64,000 bases of DNA from a virus. Positions 36,801 through 51,800 of the stretch are shown in pieces. Each line of letters starts with the position of its first letter. Position 1 is the first letter of the stretch. Both the position numbers and the translations under genes were made by a program. The stretch is from positions 1 to 64,000 of the IMG/VR virus record IMGVR_UViG_3300032291_001492, one strand, 5' to 3'. The notes beneath the pieces were generated by a model. The model did not search any database and was not told where the DNA came from. It was given only the letters and a program-made list of their open reading frames with translations.

Positions 36801-39800
36801 ACACTAGATTCACAAACATTTAATTATGTTCAAGGAACAAATCCAATTACACAAAAAGTGAATACTGGATATGTATACAACTATACATCACGTACTAGCT
36901 TTGTAAGACAATTGGGTTGGCAAACAGCAGTATCACCTAGTGTACAATATCAAATTTTTGAATTTAATTGGTCAATCGATAATCCAATAACTAACTTTGT
37001 ATGTGATATAGCTCCGGTATCTTCTAGTTCAACTAATTGGCCAACTGTACAAGTTTATATAAATAATACCTATTTACCAGATACTGATTTTACAGTTTCA
37101 ACAACTGATAATACAACCACAGTTACTATATCTCAGATTGACGCTGTTAATACTGTAGTTCAGGTATTGATATTAAGTGATCAAGTAAGTTCTACTGCAT
37201 ATTATCAAATACCAATTAACTTAAGCAATAATCCTTTCAATGAAGATGTAACAACAGTTAATATTGGTGATATTCGCGGACAGTATCAAAGTATGTTCTT
37301 TAATAATCCAAATACTTTGGGACCAGTATTTGGACGTAACAACTTCCGTGATTTAGGAAATCTTGTTCCTTGGGGAAATAGAATTATTCAAAACAGTGCT
37401 TCACTTGTGTTGCCTGGAACATTCTTGCGTAAACAAAATCATAATTTGTTTAATTCTATTTTATACAACAGTAGACAATACATTACGTTTAAAAATTTAT
37501 TAATTGATACCGTAAACAATACAGATTATAATCGTATGTTGTCTCCGGCAGAAATGTTAGATGATGCAATGGATCAAATAACATCTACAAAAACAGACAG
37601 TCAACCATTCTTCTGGAGTGATATGTTGCCTTCTAAGGCACCTTATATTTCTAATACGTATTCTTTTGCAAACACACTGGATGTTAGTATATATCCTTTA
37701 AGCAGAATTTATGATTTTGACAAAGCAAATTATTATGGTGTATTGGTTTATCTAATTAGAGACAGTATCACCTCACAATTAATTTCTGGAGTGGATTATA
37801 CTGTAAGCACCAGTGCTCCTTCATTAACAGTTACATTAGATTTATTATCTAACGATCAAATTGTTATTAATGAATATAATCAAACATATGGTAGCTATGT
37901 ACCTAACACGCCTACTAAATTAGGTCTTTACCCTTCGACTATTCCAGCAGTTGTTGTCGATACTGCATATTTTGAACCTACATATTTTATAGTAGGACAT
38001 GATGGGTCATATAATAAATTGTTTGGATCATATGATAGTACTACAGGACAATTAGAAGATTTCAGAGATCAAGTATTACTTGAGTATGAGACACGTATAT
38101 ATAATAACTTAAAACTAAGCAACGTTATTCCAATTCAAACATATGAAGTAATCCCGGGTTTCTTTAGAGACCTTCAATATTCATATGATGAATTCTTAGA
38201 AGTTTATTCTGAATCTTTCTTGGATTGGGTTGGACAAAACAGAGTTGACTATAAAAGACAATTTTATAATCCAGTAAATGAATTTTCATATAATTATCGT
38301 AACAGCGGAAACAAAATAAACCGAGAAGCAATACAACAGGGATATTTTAGAGGATTGTATTTGTATTATTATGATACAACTACTCCTAATGTAACACCTT
38401 GGCAAATGATAGGTTATGCAGATCAGCCAACATGGTGGACTGAGCGTTATGGTCCTGCTCCATATACAAGTGATAACTTAATTTTATGGAACGATTTAGC
38501 AGAAGGTATAGATTGGAACAATGGTAATCCTGTAGTCATAACAGAATATATTCGTCCTGAGTTATTGCAAGTGTTACCAGTAGACAGTAACGGTGATTTA
38601 GTGTCACCTCTTACATCTATTGTTGGAAACTATAATAACAATATTTTCAAGCGTGATTGGAAAGTTGGCGATGTTGGGCCTACAGAATTTAGTTATCGTA
38701 GAAGCAGTACATGGCCATTTGATTTGATGCGTCTTTATGCATTAGCAAAGCCAGCTAATTTCTTTAACTTAGCAGTGGATGTTGACAATTACAAGTACAG
38801 TGCTGAGTTTGACCAATATTTGGTTAACAATAGAAGTCATTTACAATTAGGTGATATACCTATATATGGTTTAGGAACTCCTGCAACTAGCTATATTAAC
38901 TGGATAGTTGATTTTGAAAAACAAGTTGGCATTGATGCAACAACTGATATCACTACTTTATTAAAGAATTTAGATGTACGTTTGGTATATCGTGTAGCAG
39001 GGTTTTCAGATAAGAATTTGTTAAAGTTTTATGTTGAAAAAAGTTCAGCAAACACAACTAATAGTTCATTATTAATACCTGATGAAAGTTATTCTGTATT
39101 ATTATACGATAATCAACCATTTGATAGAATTGTATATTCTGGTGTAGTTATCCAAATAACAGAAAATGGTTATCAAGTATATGGAAATTCTCAAACTAAC
39201 GCATACTTTAAAATTTTATTGCCAAAAAATTCAGGATACAGTGAAACTATTGAAGTTGAAAATTTGTCAGTTAGGATAGCTGATCAATATACAGATAAAG
39301 TTGGTATTATTCCTTATGGTACAGAATTTTATAGCGTTCAGGAAGTTGCACAGTTTCTAAGTTCTTATGGAAAATACCTTGAAAACCAGGGTATGAAATT
39401 TGACCAGATAGAAAATGGTATTCCTGTTAATTGGGCTCAAATGATTGCTGAGTTTTTATATTGGTCGCAAATCGGTTGGGAAATTGGTAGTATAACTACA
39501 ATAAATCCTTCTGCCTCTACATTAGTAATTGACAAAGACAGTAGCGTTGTACAACCATTAACAGTAAGACAACGTAACTTTGTACTAAATCAAAACTTAT
39601 TTCCAATACAATCAATTGATTTAAATGTTGTTCGTCAAGATACTGCATTTACAGCACAACCATTGAATCAAGGTGATGCGATCAGTTATGGTCAATTTAA
39701 TATTAGTAACTTTGAACACGGTATCGTTTTTGACAACGTTACATTATTCAACGACATAATTTATAATTTAATTACTGGTTTACGTCAATATCGTGTATCA

Positions 39801-42800
39801 GTCCGCGGAGCTATAACAGCAGACTGGAATGGTACAGTTGATGCGGCAGGCTTCATTTTAAATCAAGACAACATCCAAGAATGGAATAGAGAAATTAAAT
39901 ATACCAAGGGTGAAATTGTTCTTTATAAAAATAGGTATTGGACATCTTTAACTATTGTACAACCTAAAGTATTATTTGACGAACGTGATTGGAAAGAAAC
40001 AAACTATAACGAAATTCAAAAAGGATTATTGCCTAACAGTCAAACTCGTTCTTTTGAAAGTACATTATACTATAACACTGATTCTGCAAACTTAGAAAAT
40101 GATGCAGATTTATTAAGTTTTAGTTTGATTGGATATCGTCCAAGAGATTACTTAGCACTTGCTGATTTAACAGATATCACGCAAGTAAACGTGTACAAAA
40201 ACATGATTAAAGAAAAAGGTACATTGAATGCAGCCAGTGCGTTCAAGGGTGCTAATTTACCACAAGGTGGAATTAATTATGACATTTATGAAAACTGGGC
40301 TATTAAATCAGGTGAGTTTGGTGGCGTATTAAACAACAACTTTATTGAATTTAACTTAAATCAAGCGTCATTGACAGGTAATCCAAGTATTGTTGGTTTA
40401 ACTAATGGAATATTTACTGATGGAGTACAACAAGAAGTACCGTTGTATTCTATATTCAATTATGGTAGACCAATAACTAGCCCTAATATATTACCTACTA
40501 TTTCAGCCTCTGAGCCTTCTTCATTATTCCCTACAGCAGGCTATGTCAATTACAATGACGTTAAAATGTCAAGTTATTATTATTCTGGTTTAGCTACTGC
40601 AACTAATGCTAGTGGAACAATAGTACCTATCAATGAATTTTATGTACGTGATTATGTTTGGTTAGCAAATTATCTATCTGACTGGAGAGTGTATACACCA
40701 GTCAGTTTAGGTTCAATCATTAATGCCAAGAATAATTTGAATGGTACCGTGACTATTACATTTAGCCAGGCTCATAATTTAACAAGATTTGAGTTATTTG
40801 GTATAACAAACTTTGATGTAGCAATTAATAACTATTATCTAGTGGCAGCAGTTGTTGATCCGGTTAGAGTCATTATTAATCTTTCATTGAGTCCTAGCAC
40901 ACTTAATATTGTGGGTCAAGGTATTGGTTTAAGAATGCAAAGTCAACGTGTAGCAACTGCACCTGAAATTGTTGATTTACCATTATTAAATAATGAATTC
41001 ACTAAATCAAAAGTTTGGGTTGATGAAAACAATGACGGCAGCTGGGCAGTATATCGTAAGAGTTTGAACTATCAGTATGATGCAGAAATCATTAGGGCTT
41101 CAAGCCAAACATTTGGTAGCGCAGTTGCATACACTACTCCTATGGGATACTTGATTGGTGATGCAGATGTTGGAGCAGTATACCGCTATACTTTTAATGC
41201 AGAAGCAAATACCTACACACTAGACCAAGCTATTACAAATAGCACTTCATTTGGTTCATATATATCTTATGCTGATGATTTATTTGTAATTTCAGAACCA
41301 ACAAGTGGTTCACCTAAAGTATATGTATATCAATTGATAACCACTACTCTAGTAGACAATCTGAATTCTTATCAAACTATTTCTGCACCAGGCGGAGTAA
41401 CTGACTGGGGTAGCACGACTGCTATTTCAGGTGATCAAAATTGGTTATACATCTCAGATACAGGTAATGCTAGAGTTTATGTATATCGCAAATCAACTCT
41501 TACCAACTTGTATGAAAGTGTAGGATATATTTCAGTAGCAGGTTTAACTTCTGCTGACAATTTTGGATTTTCGATTGCAACAGACTACTATGGTGATACT
41601 GTAGTAATTGGCGCGCCCGATCAAGACTATAATGTAAACACTGATAACTACGGATATGTGTACGTGTTTGCAAGAACAGTACAGAATTTTATAGCACCTT
41701 CTACCAGCCAATCATACATCCCGCAAACATTTGCATTGTCTTGGTCACCCGTCACAGTTACACAAACTGCAACTGCTACAGATAGTACCAACGATAGAAT
41801 CACGATAACAAGTTCTGCTGGTTTTAGTGTTAATGATCCTGTAGTATTCTCTGGTGATATTTTATCTTCTGGTGCAATTTCTCAAAATACTGTGTATTAT
41901 GTTTATGATAAACCAACAGCTACTACATTTAGAATTGCATCAACACGTAATGCAGCCGCACCAATTGAATTAACTACAGCTTCAGGCCCACCAAACATGA
42001 CTGTTACTGTACAAACAACACCGTTGTTTGTTAACATTAACGGAACATTGCTTGAAGATGATTCTTATGCAGTTATAGGGTCTACGTTATATGTTTACAG
42101 TGGATTAACCCCAACATTAAATGCAGGTGATATTCTTTCTGTTAGTGGATCAAATTTTGTATTGACACAAACATTAGACAACGGTCAGACACCACGTGTG
42201 GGTGTGCAGTTTGGACAAAGCGTAGATACAAATACATACGCTAATGAAATTTTAGTAGGTGCACCGTTTGAATTAAGTGCTGACAATTATGAAGGTGCTG
42301 TACATAGATTTACTAATGGTGGTGAAAAATATGGTTTTATTATTGGTACTGCTAATTGTAATATCACAACACCAAGAACAATTTTAATAAACGGATATCA
42401 AGTTATTTTACCAATAGGTAATGCAACAAATGCTTCAAACTTTATTAATGCAGCTAACATTCCCAATGTAAGTGCTACTTCTATTGACGGTAAATTAGTC
42501 ATTCAATTAGTTGACATTGCTATAGGATTTGCAGGTTCAAAACTTTCATTGACTGTGTTGAATTCAGCAACTCCTGCTGAAATGGGAATTAATATCTATA
42601 CAGCAACACAAACTATTGCTTGCCCACACTTAACTGGACCTACACAATTTGGAAGTGTAATTAAATTTAATGAGTTTGGTTCATTTATAGCTAGCGCCCC
42701 TACAGGAACTCGCTACTCAGCTACAACATTTGATTTTACAGATGATGAATTAGATAATGACACTGTATTTGATAACAATGCTACACAATGGATTGACACA

Positions 42801-45800
42801 TTTACCAATGCTGGTGCAGTATATATGTTTGATTATATTTCTGCATATAATGAAAGTTTAAATAATCCAGGTAAATTTGTATATGCTCAAAGTACAAATG
42901 CAGAAAATATTGATTACGGTTCGCAACCTTATTATGGTCAGGCATTAGATTTTAATGATAATAGAGTTACAGTAGGAACTCCTAATTTTAGACCAGGATA
43001 TGATAATGGTCAAGTAGTAGCATATACTAGTACTAGTACCGAACAAGACTGGGCAGTCTATAGAAGTTCTGCACCTATCGTTGATATAAATGGTATTGCA
43101 AACATTCAGTTATTCAGCGGATCATCTAATACAACATTAGACAACTTAGATTACTTTGATCCATTACAAGGAAAATTATTAGGGGCAATTAGAGAAAATA
43201 TTGATGTTATTTCTAATTCAGATCCTGCGGCATATAACTCTCCTAATAGCATACAGCGTGGTTTAGTATGGGGAGCAGACAAAGTAGGTCAATTATGGTT
43301 TGATACATCAAACACAAGATTTGTTAATTATCATCAAAATGATATTGTTTATAACAGCGCATATTGGGGTAGAATTTTCTCAGGCAGTGACGTTGCGGTA
43401 TATTCGTGGGTAGTAAGTAATGTTAGTCCACTCGACTATATTGGCCCAGGCATTCCGTATGATATTGATACCTATACTGTTAACGGAGTAATCAATGCAG
43501 AAGGCACTATTGTTCCATTATATTATTTCTGGGTAAGAAATACAAATATTGTATTTGAAAAGACTGGAAAAACATTAGCTGATTCTACATTAGAGGCATA
43601 CATATCTCAACCTCAAAACACCGGTATAAGTTATTTTGCACCATTACAACCTAACATTTTTGCTTTATACAATTCAGGTGATTATTTAAATGGTAATGAT
43701 ACTGTATTGCATATTGGTTATGCAACAGGAACTAACGATGATCCTATACACAATCAATATGAATTGATTCGTGCTGATTATGCAGATGATTTCTTGTCAG
43801 GTGTTCCGGGATCAGGTGCTGGATATCAAACACGTTCATCAACGGGTATAACAGAACCAATCTCATTGTATAATAGAATGTTAGATAGTATGTGCGGCGT
43901 AGATAATGCCGGTGCAGTAGTACCTAACCCATTCTTACCAAGAGCAGTTCAAACCGGTGTTCTTGCAAGACCGAGACAAAGTTTCTTCTATGATAGATAT
44001 GATGCATTAAAGAATTATTTACAATATGCCAATGAAGTATTAGCACAATTTCCTATAACAGAAATAAGAAATCCTTCATTCTTAAATACTACTGGTGCTA
44101 CGAACCCATCAACAGTAGACAATCCTGATTGGACAGGAAGTGTATTACCATTCTATGATACAACTAACTATTGGAGTTATATAAATTGGTGGGCGCCTGG
44201 TTATGATAATAATACAAAGTCTGCATTACAAGTTCCGATTTATGCTGATTTATCAACACTAACTGTTACACCTGGAACAATTGTTACTGTAGCAACAAAT
44301 GGCAATGGAAATTCAGAAACATATATCTATAATGTAGATGGTTCTTGGACCCGAATTGGATTAACAAACGGTACAATTGAATTTAGTAGTGCATTATGGG
44401 ATTACTCTACTTATAGACTAGGATTTGGTGACAATTTCTTTGATACTACACCGTATGATAACTACCCGTCAGAAGAAACTAGATATATTATTCGTTCTTT
44501 AAATGAAGAAATTTACAACAACGAATTGTTAATTTTCAGAAATAAAAGTTTAATTTTATTATTTGAATACATCCAGAGTGAAACATCTGAGAATCAAAAT
44601 TATTTGCCTTGGTTAAATAAAACATCATTCTTAGATGTATCACACACTATCCGTGAACTACGTCCAATTGAAGTATTCCAATCAGACAACGAGTTATTCT
44701 TGGAAGGTTACATGAATGAAGTTAAACCATATCATGTAGTTATTAAAGAATTCTTATTCAAATATACCGGCACTGATGTATACGAAGGTGACATCACTGA
44801 TTTTGATTTACCTGCACAGTACAACAGTTCAGTGCAACAGTTTATAACACCGGAATTAGTTTATTCTAATCCAAACGGTGATAATCAGTATTTACCAAAT
44901 GATCCTATATGGCAAACTGCCCCTTACATTCAATGGTTTAATAATCACGGAGTAAGTATTGTTGGTGAAAATGATTATCCTATATCAGTTTTAACATCAT
45001 ACATTGCGACAAATTCAAACTCATGTTATGTTGACAACGTAACCGGATTCCCTGTTACTGGAACAATTTTAATTGGCACTGAGTTGATTGGATATTCTAG
45101 TGTAAATCTATTAACTAACCAATTATTAGGATTAGCAAGAGGACTACAAAATACTGTAATACAACAACACATTCCGGGAGAAACAATCTTTATTGATTTG
45201 CCTGCTGTATTAGTGTTGAATGCAGGTAGATTGTATGACAATCCTCCTAAAATTACTGCAATAACTGATACTACTATATATCCTGAACCAACAGTACCCG
45301 CACAGTTTGAAGCTGTAATGGGCTTAGGTACTGTCATTGGTATAAATGTTATAAATCCTGGACAAGGATACGCAGTACTTCCTAAAATTGAAATTGATCC
45401 TGCTGTTGTTGTTGAAGTTAATAGTACTCAAGTAAATATTTCAAACAATACAATAGAACTTACTATACCTACATTACAAACAGGAGATTTGATTGTATAT
45501 CAGCCTGGTACAAACAGTACTGTAATAGGTGGATTAACTTCAGGACAAAAATATTATGTTAACTTGTTGGAAGTTTCTCCGGCTCCAATTATAGCACTTT
45601 ACGCTAGTTATATTGATGCTGATAGAGATCATAACCGTGTAGTTTTAACTAGCACTGGTTCAGGAGTTCAAAAATTAAACTTAGGTGCAGTTGCGTCTTG
45701 TATAACTAGCTCTGTACCAGTGAGAGAAAATAGTATTAATCTACGATTTGACAGAACTTCATATACTTCACAGGTAACTGAGTGGGCATCAGGTGATTTT

Positions 45801-48800
45801 TACGGTTCATTTTACGCAGGAACTTATTCAAATAGTGACCAAGTTTCATCTTCTTCAATAGCCTTGCAAAGCACTCAACCACCAATTGATACTATTTTGG
45901 CAAGTGCTCAGGGTGCAACATTTGAAATTTTAGATGCTACTAATGATCAAACATTAACATGGTCTTCACGTACAAGAGAAACAGTACAAACATACGGACC
46001 GGCTACTTTATATCCAAATGCTATAAGAATCAATCCATCAACAGGTGGCTCACCCGTTGCAGGAGAATTGGGTTCTACTGTAGGTTTCTATATAGGGATG
46101 CCAGTTAAATTCGTAGGTGCAACTGTAGGAAATTTAGTTAATGAAACTACTTACTATGTAAAATCTTTGGTAGATTTACCTAATCTAGTTACATCAAATC
46201 CGGAAGCTACTGGTTTTACTATATCAGCGACCGTAGATGAAGACGGTGTGCCAGGATCAACATTTGTTCTTTCAACTGCAACTGTTACGGCTGCTGGTTT
46301 ACCGATGTTTGTAGGTGAAGTCACTAATACTGCTGTGCTAACTATTAATTATAGCGGCATTAGAAACGCAACAGTTACTACATCAGGTACTAACACAATT
46401 ACAGTATTGCTTACTGCTACTGGACAAAATGGCACTAATGGATTATATACAGGTATACCTGTATACTTTACCGGAAATGTGTTTGGTGGAATTTCTGAGA
46501 ACGAGATTTACTATGTAACTACTGTTACTGGTCCACAGACATTCACTATGTCTACTCAAACAAATCCAACAACACTAACTATAACAGAAACAGATTCAGT
46601 TACTGATGCTATTACTTGTGACAGTACATTAACTCTTTCTCTTAATGAACCAATCGTGTTTACTGGAGATGTGTTTGGTAATATTGTTGAAGGTACACAA
46701 TATTACATTAGAGAACTATTCTCAGGAAATATAACGTTCTCGATTTCTGAAACTATTAACGGACCTGTATTTGCACTTGCATCTGACACTGGTTCTTGCA
46801 CAATGATAAGTCAAAAAGACACTGTAACATTACAAGATGATATTGGTTCTATGACAATGAATGTCAGCTTACCAGTAAGTCCAGGTCAAGTCAATGGACA
46901 ACTATTTACATTATATCCTACTTCTCAGCAATATATCAATCAAACAGGTGTAGTTACTAACTTGATAGAAAGAGACATTAATGCAACTCTTTCAACCGTA
47001 AACAGATTGTGCTTGTCAACTTTTACTGGCGGTATTTTAAATTTATATACTAACTTTGAGTTTGATGTTGCAAGCAATATAGGCGGACTAACAACATCAG
47101 GTGGACCATACATTGTAACTGCTGTAGGAACAACAACTGTTAACGTGTCTAGCACTAGTGGGTCAGGCAATTGGTTAACTGTACCATTAGATACTAATCC
47201 ATATACAACTGATGTGTTGTATTCTGGAATGCCAATAATATTCAGTGGGGTATCATTGGGAGGCGTATTATTAAATACAGTTTACTATGTAGATACTATT
47301 GACGCAAGCCCTCCAGTTGGCTCAGGAAGATTTACTATATCAGAAACTTCTGATTTGTCAAGTGGTATATTTGTAGTTACCAATGATAATGGTGACATGG
47401 TTGGTACAGGTGATCCATTCATTCAAGTAGCAGATACATTAAGTAATGCAACAGGTCCGGTGATGCTAACACAAACTGTTGGCACTACCCCAACATTCGA
47501 TGTAAGTTATATTTTAGGCGGTTACCGAGTAACAATTCAAAATCCAGGTAGTGTATTTGCAATTGACAACACTATAACTATTTTAGGAACTAATTTAGGT
47601 GGTACTACACCAGAAAATGATTTAGTGCTGACTGTTTCTTCAATTAATACTACTGGTGGAATAGTATCTACTATATGTAACGGAACACCTGCAGGCACAA
47701 CTGAACAATATTATTTTAAGGTTGTATCAGAAAATCAAGTAGAAGTTTACGAAAATGCAGCCTTAAGTGTTCCGGTAAGTGGACAAAATTTCCCTTATGT
47801 TGGAATCACTTCAACTACTGCTACGATAGCAACTGCTTCAAATGATAGATTTACAGTAACTAGTTCAGCCGACTTTAGTATAAATGATCCGGTTGTATTT
47901 ACTGGAACAGTATTTGGTGGAGTTACATTAGGTCAAACATATTATATTAAATCTAAACCAACAGGCACTACTGTTACTATTACAGAAACTGTAGATGGTA
48001 CCGTATTCAATATCACTACCAATGCTACAGGTTCAATGACAATGGCAAAATCAGGTGATTATGCACTATTACCGGAGCCATTCTTCTTTAGTCCTAGTAT
48101 CGTAAAATATAACAATCGTGTTTATCAATGTATCGTAAGTAACAATGATCCTGAATTTATTTTAGGTAAATGGGAACTATTAGATCCGGGTAATAGAAAA
48201 CTTAACGGGTTAGATAGAGTTATTGCATATTACAGACCTACTGTAAATATGCCGGGTGTTGATTTAACTCAATTAGTTACCGGTATAACATATCCAAACA
48301 GTACATATTTGGGTAATGCATTTGCTCCGGATGACGAATTTACAGTAGATGTTAATTTAACAGATCAACCATTTTACCCAACCGGAATTGATTTAAGCAC
48401 TATTATTTGGAATGGTATAAGCTATCTTGCAGGATCGAATGCAGAAACATACTCATCTATTAATTTAAGTGAGACTGGTTCATCTTGGGTCATCAATAAA
48501 ATTTCCAATCAACCAATTGGTATTACCGATTTGCTTTTTGCAGGAGGTAGTTATGTTCTAACTTCTAATAATCCAGCTACTCCTATACTAATAAGTGACA
48601 ATGGATTTACTTGGATTAGTAACGGAACATTTACTCCGTTTGATTCAACACCTTATGATATAACAACTTTTGATATATCTTCTGTAAATGTTCCTTCTCT
48701 GTTATTGAACGGAGTAGTTTACTATAACGGAATATACATTGCAGTGGGAAATAATATCATTTCATCTACTGATTTGTATTCATGGGTTGAACGTTATGCA

Positions 48801-51800
48801 TTCACAAGCACTACATTATCAAATGTATTAAACGATGTTGCTTATGTTAGCACTCCTGGATATACTGGATTTGTCGCAGTTGGATTAGGACAACGTTTAA
48901 TTAGTGGAACAGCAGTAAATGTTGCATTAATATTCACTAGTACGGACGGTTATAACTGGAATCAAGTATCGTTTACTGACACTGTATTCTCATTAAATGC
49001 GATTGCATCAAACAGCGGTAGCATTGTTGCAGTTGGTAATAATGGTATTATCTATGTTAGTTTCAATACTGTTAACTGGTTTGCACAAACATCACCGGTA
49101 TCAGAAAACTTAAACAATATTATTTGGGATAGTTATAATAATCAATTTGTTGCAGTAGGTGATAACGGAACTATATTGACCGGTGATGCTAATGGCAACG
49201 CATGGACAGCACGAACATCTGGCACAACAGAAGATATACAAAGTGTTGTTTGGAATAATGATGATGGCATTTATATTGCTGTTGGATTGAACAATACAAT
49301 TTTACAAAGTGCTGATGCTATAACATGGATCTCAATTGCTACATTTGAAGTATTACCGTCAGTCTATGATATTCAAGGTGATGCGTTTACTGCAGGTTAT
49401 GGTCCGGAAGAAATGGTTCCTGGGGTAGTATCTGATACTATTACTATGACTGTTGCGACCCGTCCAGGAACTAACTGGGATGAAACTGTTTATCAACATG
49501 TTGGATATAATGTAGTATCTATTGAATTATCACCAATTAATGCATTACAAACAGAGTACAGTTTTGTAAATATAACCTCTACTCCTGCACAATTAAGTGT
49601 GTTTATCATTGACTATACAACAGAATTAAGCACAACAATTTATCAAGGTATTGATTATACAATAGATTGGATCAACAAAGTTGTGACTTTGACAAATCCA
49701 TTAAGTTTTGTTACAGAAGGTACATCAGATAGATTACGTATTGATGTATATGAAGTTGGTAATGGTGATCAGTTAGTAAAAGCAAATACAGAAACTGATC
49801 CTATTAGATTAAACACCACTACTGGATTTCAAGAAATATATGTAAATGCTAATTATAGTGCAGACATTTATCAAGGTTCAGGTATTATTAGACCTAATAC
49901 TAATCCACTAGAAGCAATTGCGATTGCAACGGATGAAACAACAGATGCAATTACTTGTGAAAGTGTTGAGAATTTTGTATTGAACGGCACAATTACTTTT
50001 AGCGGAGCAGTGTTTGGTGGAATAGTAGAAGACCAAGTTTATTATGTAAAATCTATTAGTTATATATCAAACAGAATTACTATTTCTGAAATATTTAATA
50101 CAGGTTCAGGCACTGCAGGAGCAACGTTCCCGTTGACTACTGCAACCGGGTTAATGACTGCAATTATTCAAGTTGGTACCGGTACAGTATGGACACCTCC
50201 TAGCGTGTTCCACAATGGTACTAAACTAGTATTGGGTCATACTGCAAATATAACTAGAACTAAATCAGGAACCAATACTATAACTACGAATACTACCGGT
50301 GACTTAGTTCCTAATCTATCTATTAAGTTTAGTTCAACTATGTTTGGTGGAGTAATCGTACCGTTACAAACATATTACATTAAAACAATTTATGATGGAA
50401 ATGAATTTACAATTTCAGAAACACCAGGTGGCGCAGAATTAGAATTGACCAACGCTACGGGTGGTGCAATTTTCATATCAGGTGATTATGCGATTGGTAT
50501 TGCAGATAATGGCATTTCTGCTGCGGTGTTGTTGGCAAATGAATATGATGCATTAACAGACTATATCACTTATACTTTCTTTGGACAAACATTACCTGTA
50601 CAATATGGTTACACACTTCCGGAAGTGCAACTATTTGAAGGTGATGGATCAACTGCATCATTTACATTAACTAATTATGTGGGTGATAGTAATGTTACAA
50701 GTGCAATTGTCGAAATTGATGGTATAAGACAAACTATTTCTGCCTATAATATAAGTGCAATCTCTAACACTATATTGTTCAACACACCTCCGGCAAACGG
50801 ATCAACTATAGCGGTTACTTCATATAATTTGACAGACCGTCAATATTTTAATACACAATACGGCATTACAGGTTCTTCTGGTGCAACTACAACTACTATT
50901 GTAGTTAGTGACACAACCCATAGCGTGGGCACGTTTGACCAAGATACTCCAACTATTGAAACATTTGACCAAGATACTCCTAGTGTAGTTTTATATGACC
51001 AAGAATTAGATTGGCTAACACTGGGTTCAGGCTCAACAAGCAGTTTATCAATTAATTTCCCAATTGTATTCCAAGCACCAACTCTAGGTGGGTTAATTGC
51101 TGGACAAATCTATTATGTAGTAGAAATATTAAATTCAACTGATTTTGTTGTATCTACTCAAGTAGACGGAACACCCACAACAGTTACTACTGATAGTGGT
51201 TCAATGAATGGTGTGGTTAATGGATTAACAGTTGCTAATATAATTAATATTAATAATGCTATTTCTAGTCCTTTGACAACTGTATTAGTTACTGGAACTA
51301 CAGGTGGTGCATCAGATTATGTAGTGTGTGGTTCTACAACTGGACTAATCGTAGATCAACCAATTATATTTAAAGCCGCAATAACTACTGCTGGCTCATT
51401 TGTTGTAGGTAAAACTTATAAAATTACTACACTAACAGGTACTTCACAAGTGCAGTGGAATACTACTGCTGGAACTTCAGGAGTAACATATGTAGTGGGT
51501 GATATATTCACAGCCGCAACAGTTGGTGCTGGTACTGGTCAGGCGTTATTAACTGATTTGGGTGGAATTAATACATTGGGTGAAGTATATTTTGTTCGTT
51601 CTGTTGCAAGTGGAACTGAATTTACAATTAAAGATCAGTATGGAACATTAGTTAATCTAACTACTGCTAGCGGTAGTTTAGTAGGATTTATGGGTGGTCT
51701 ATCTGCAATTAGTGTAACAACTGGCATAGATCATAATCTATCGGAAAATGAAATAGTTCGTATTGATGGCACATTAGGTTCAGTACAACTTAATAACAAT

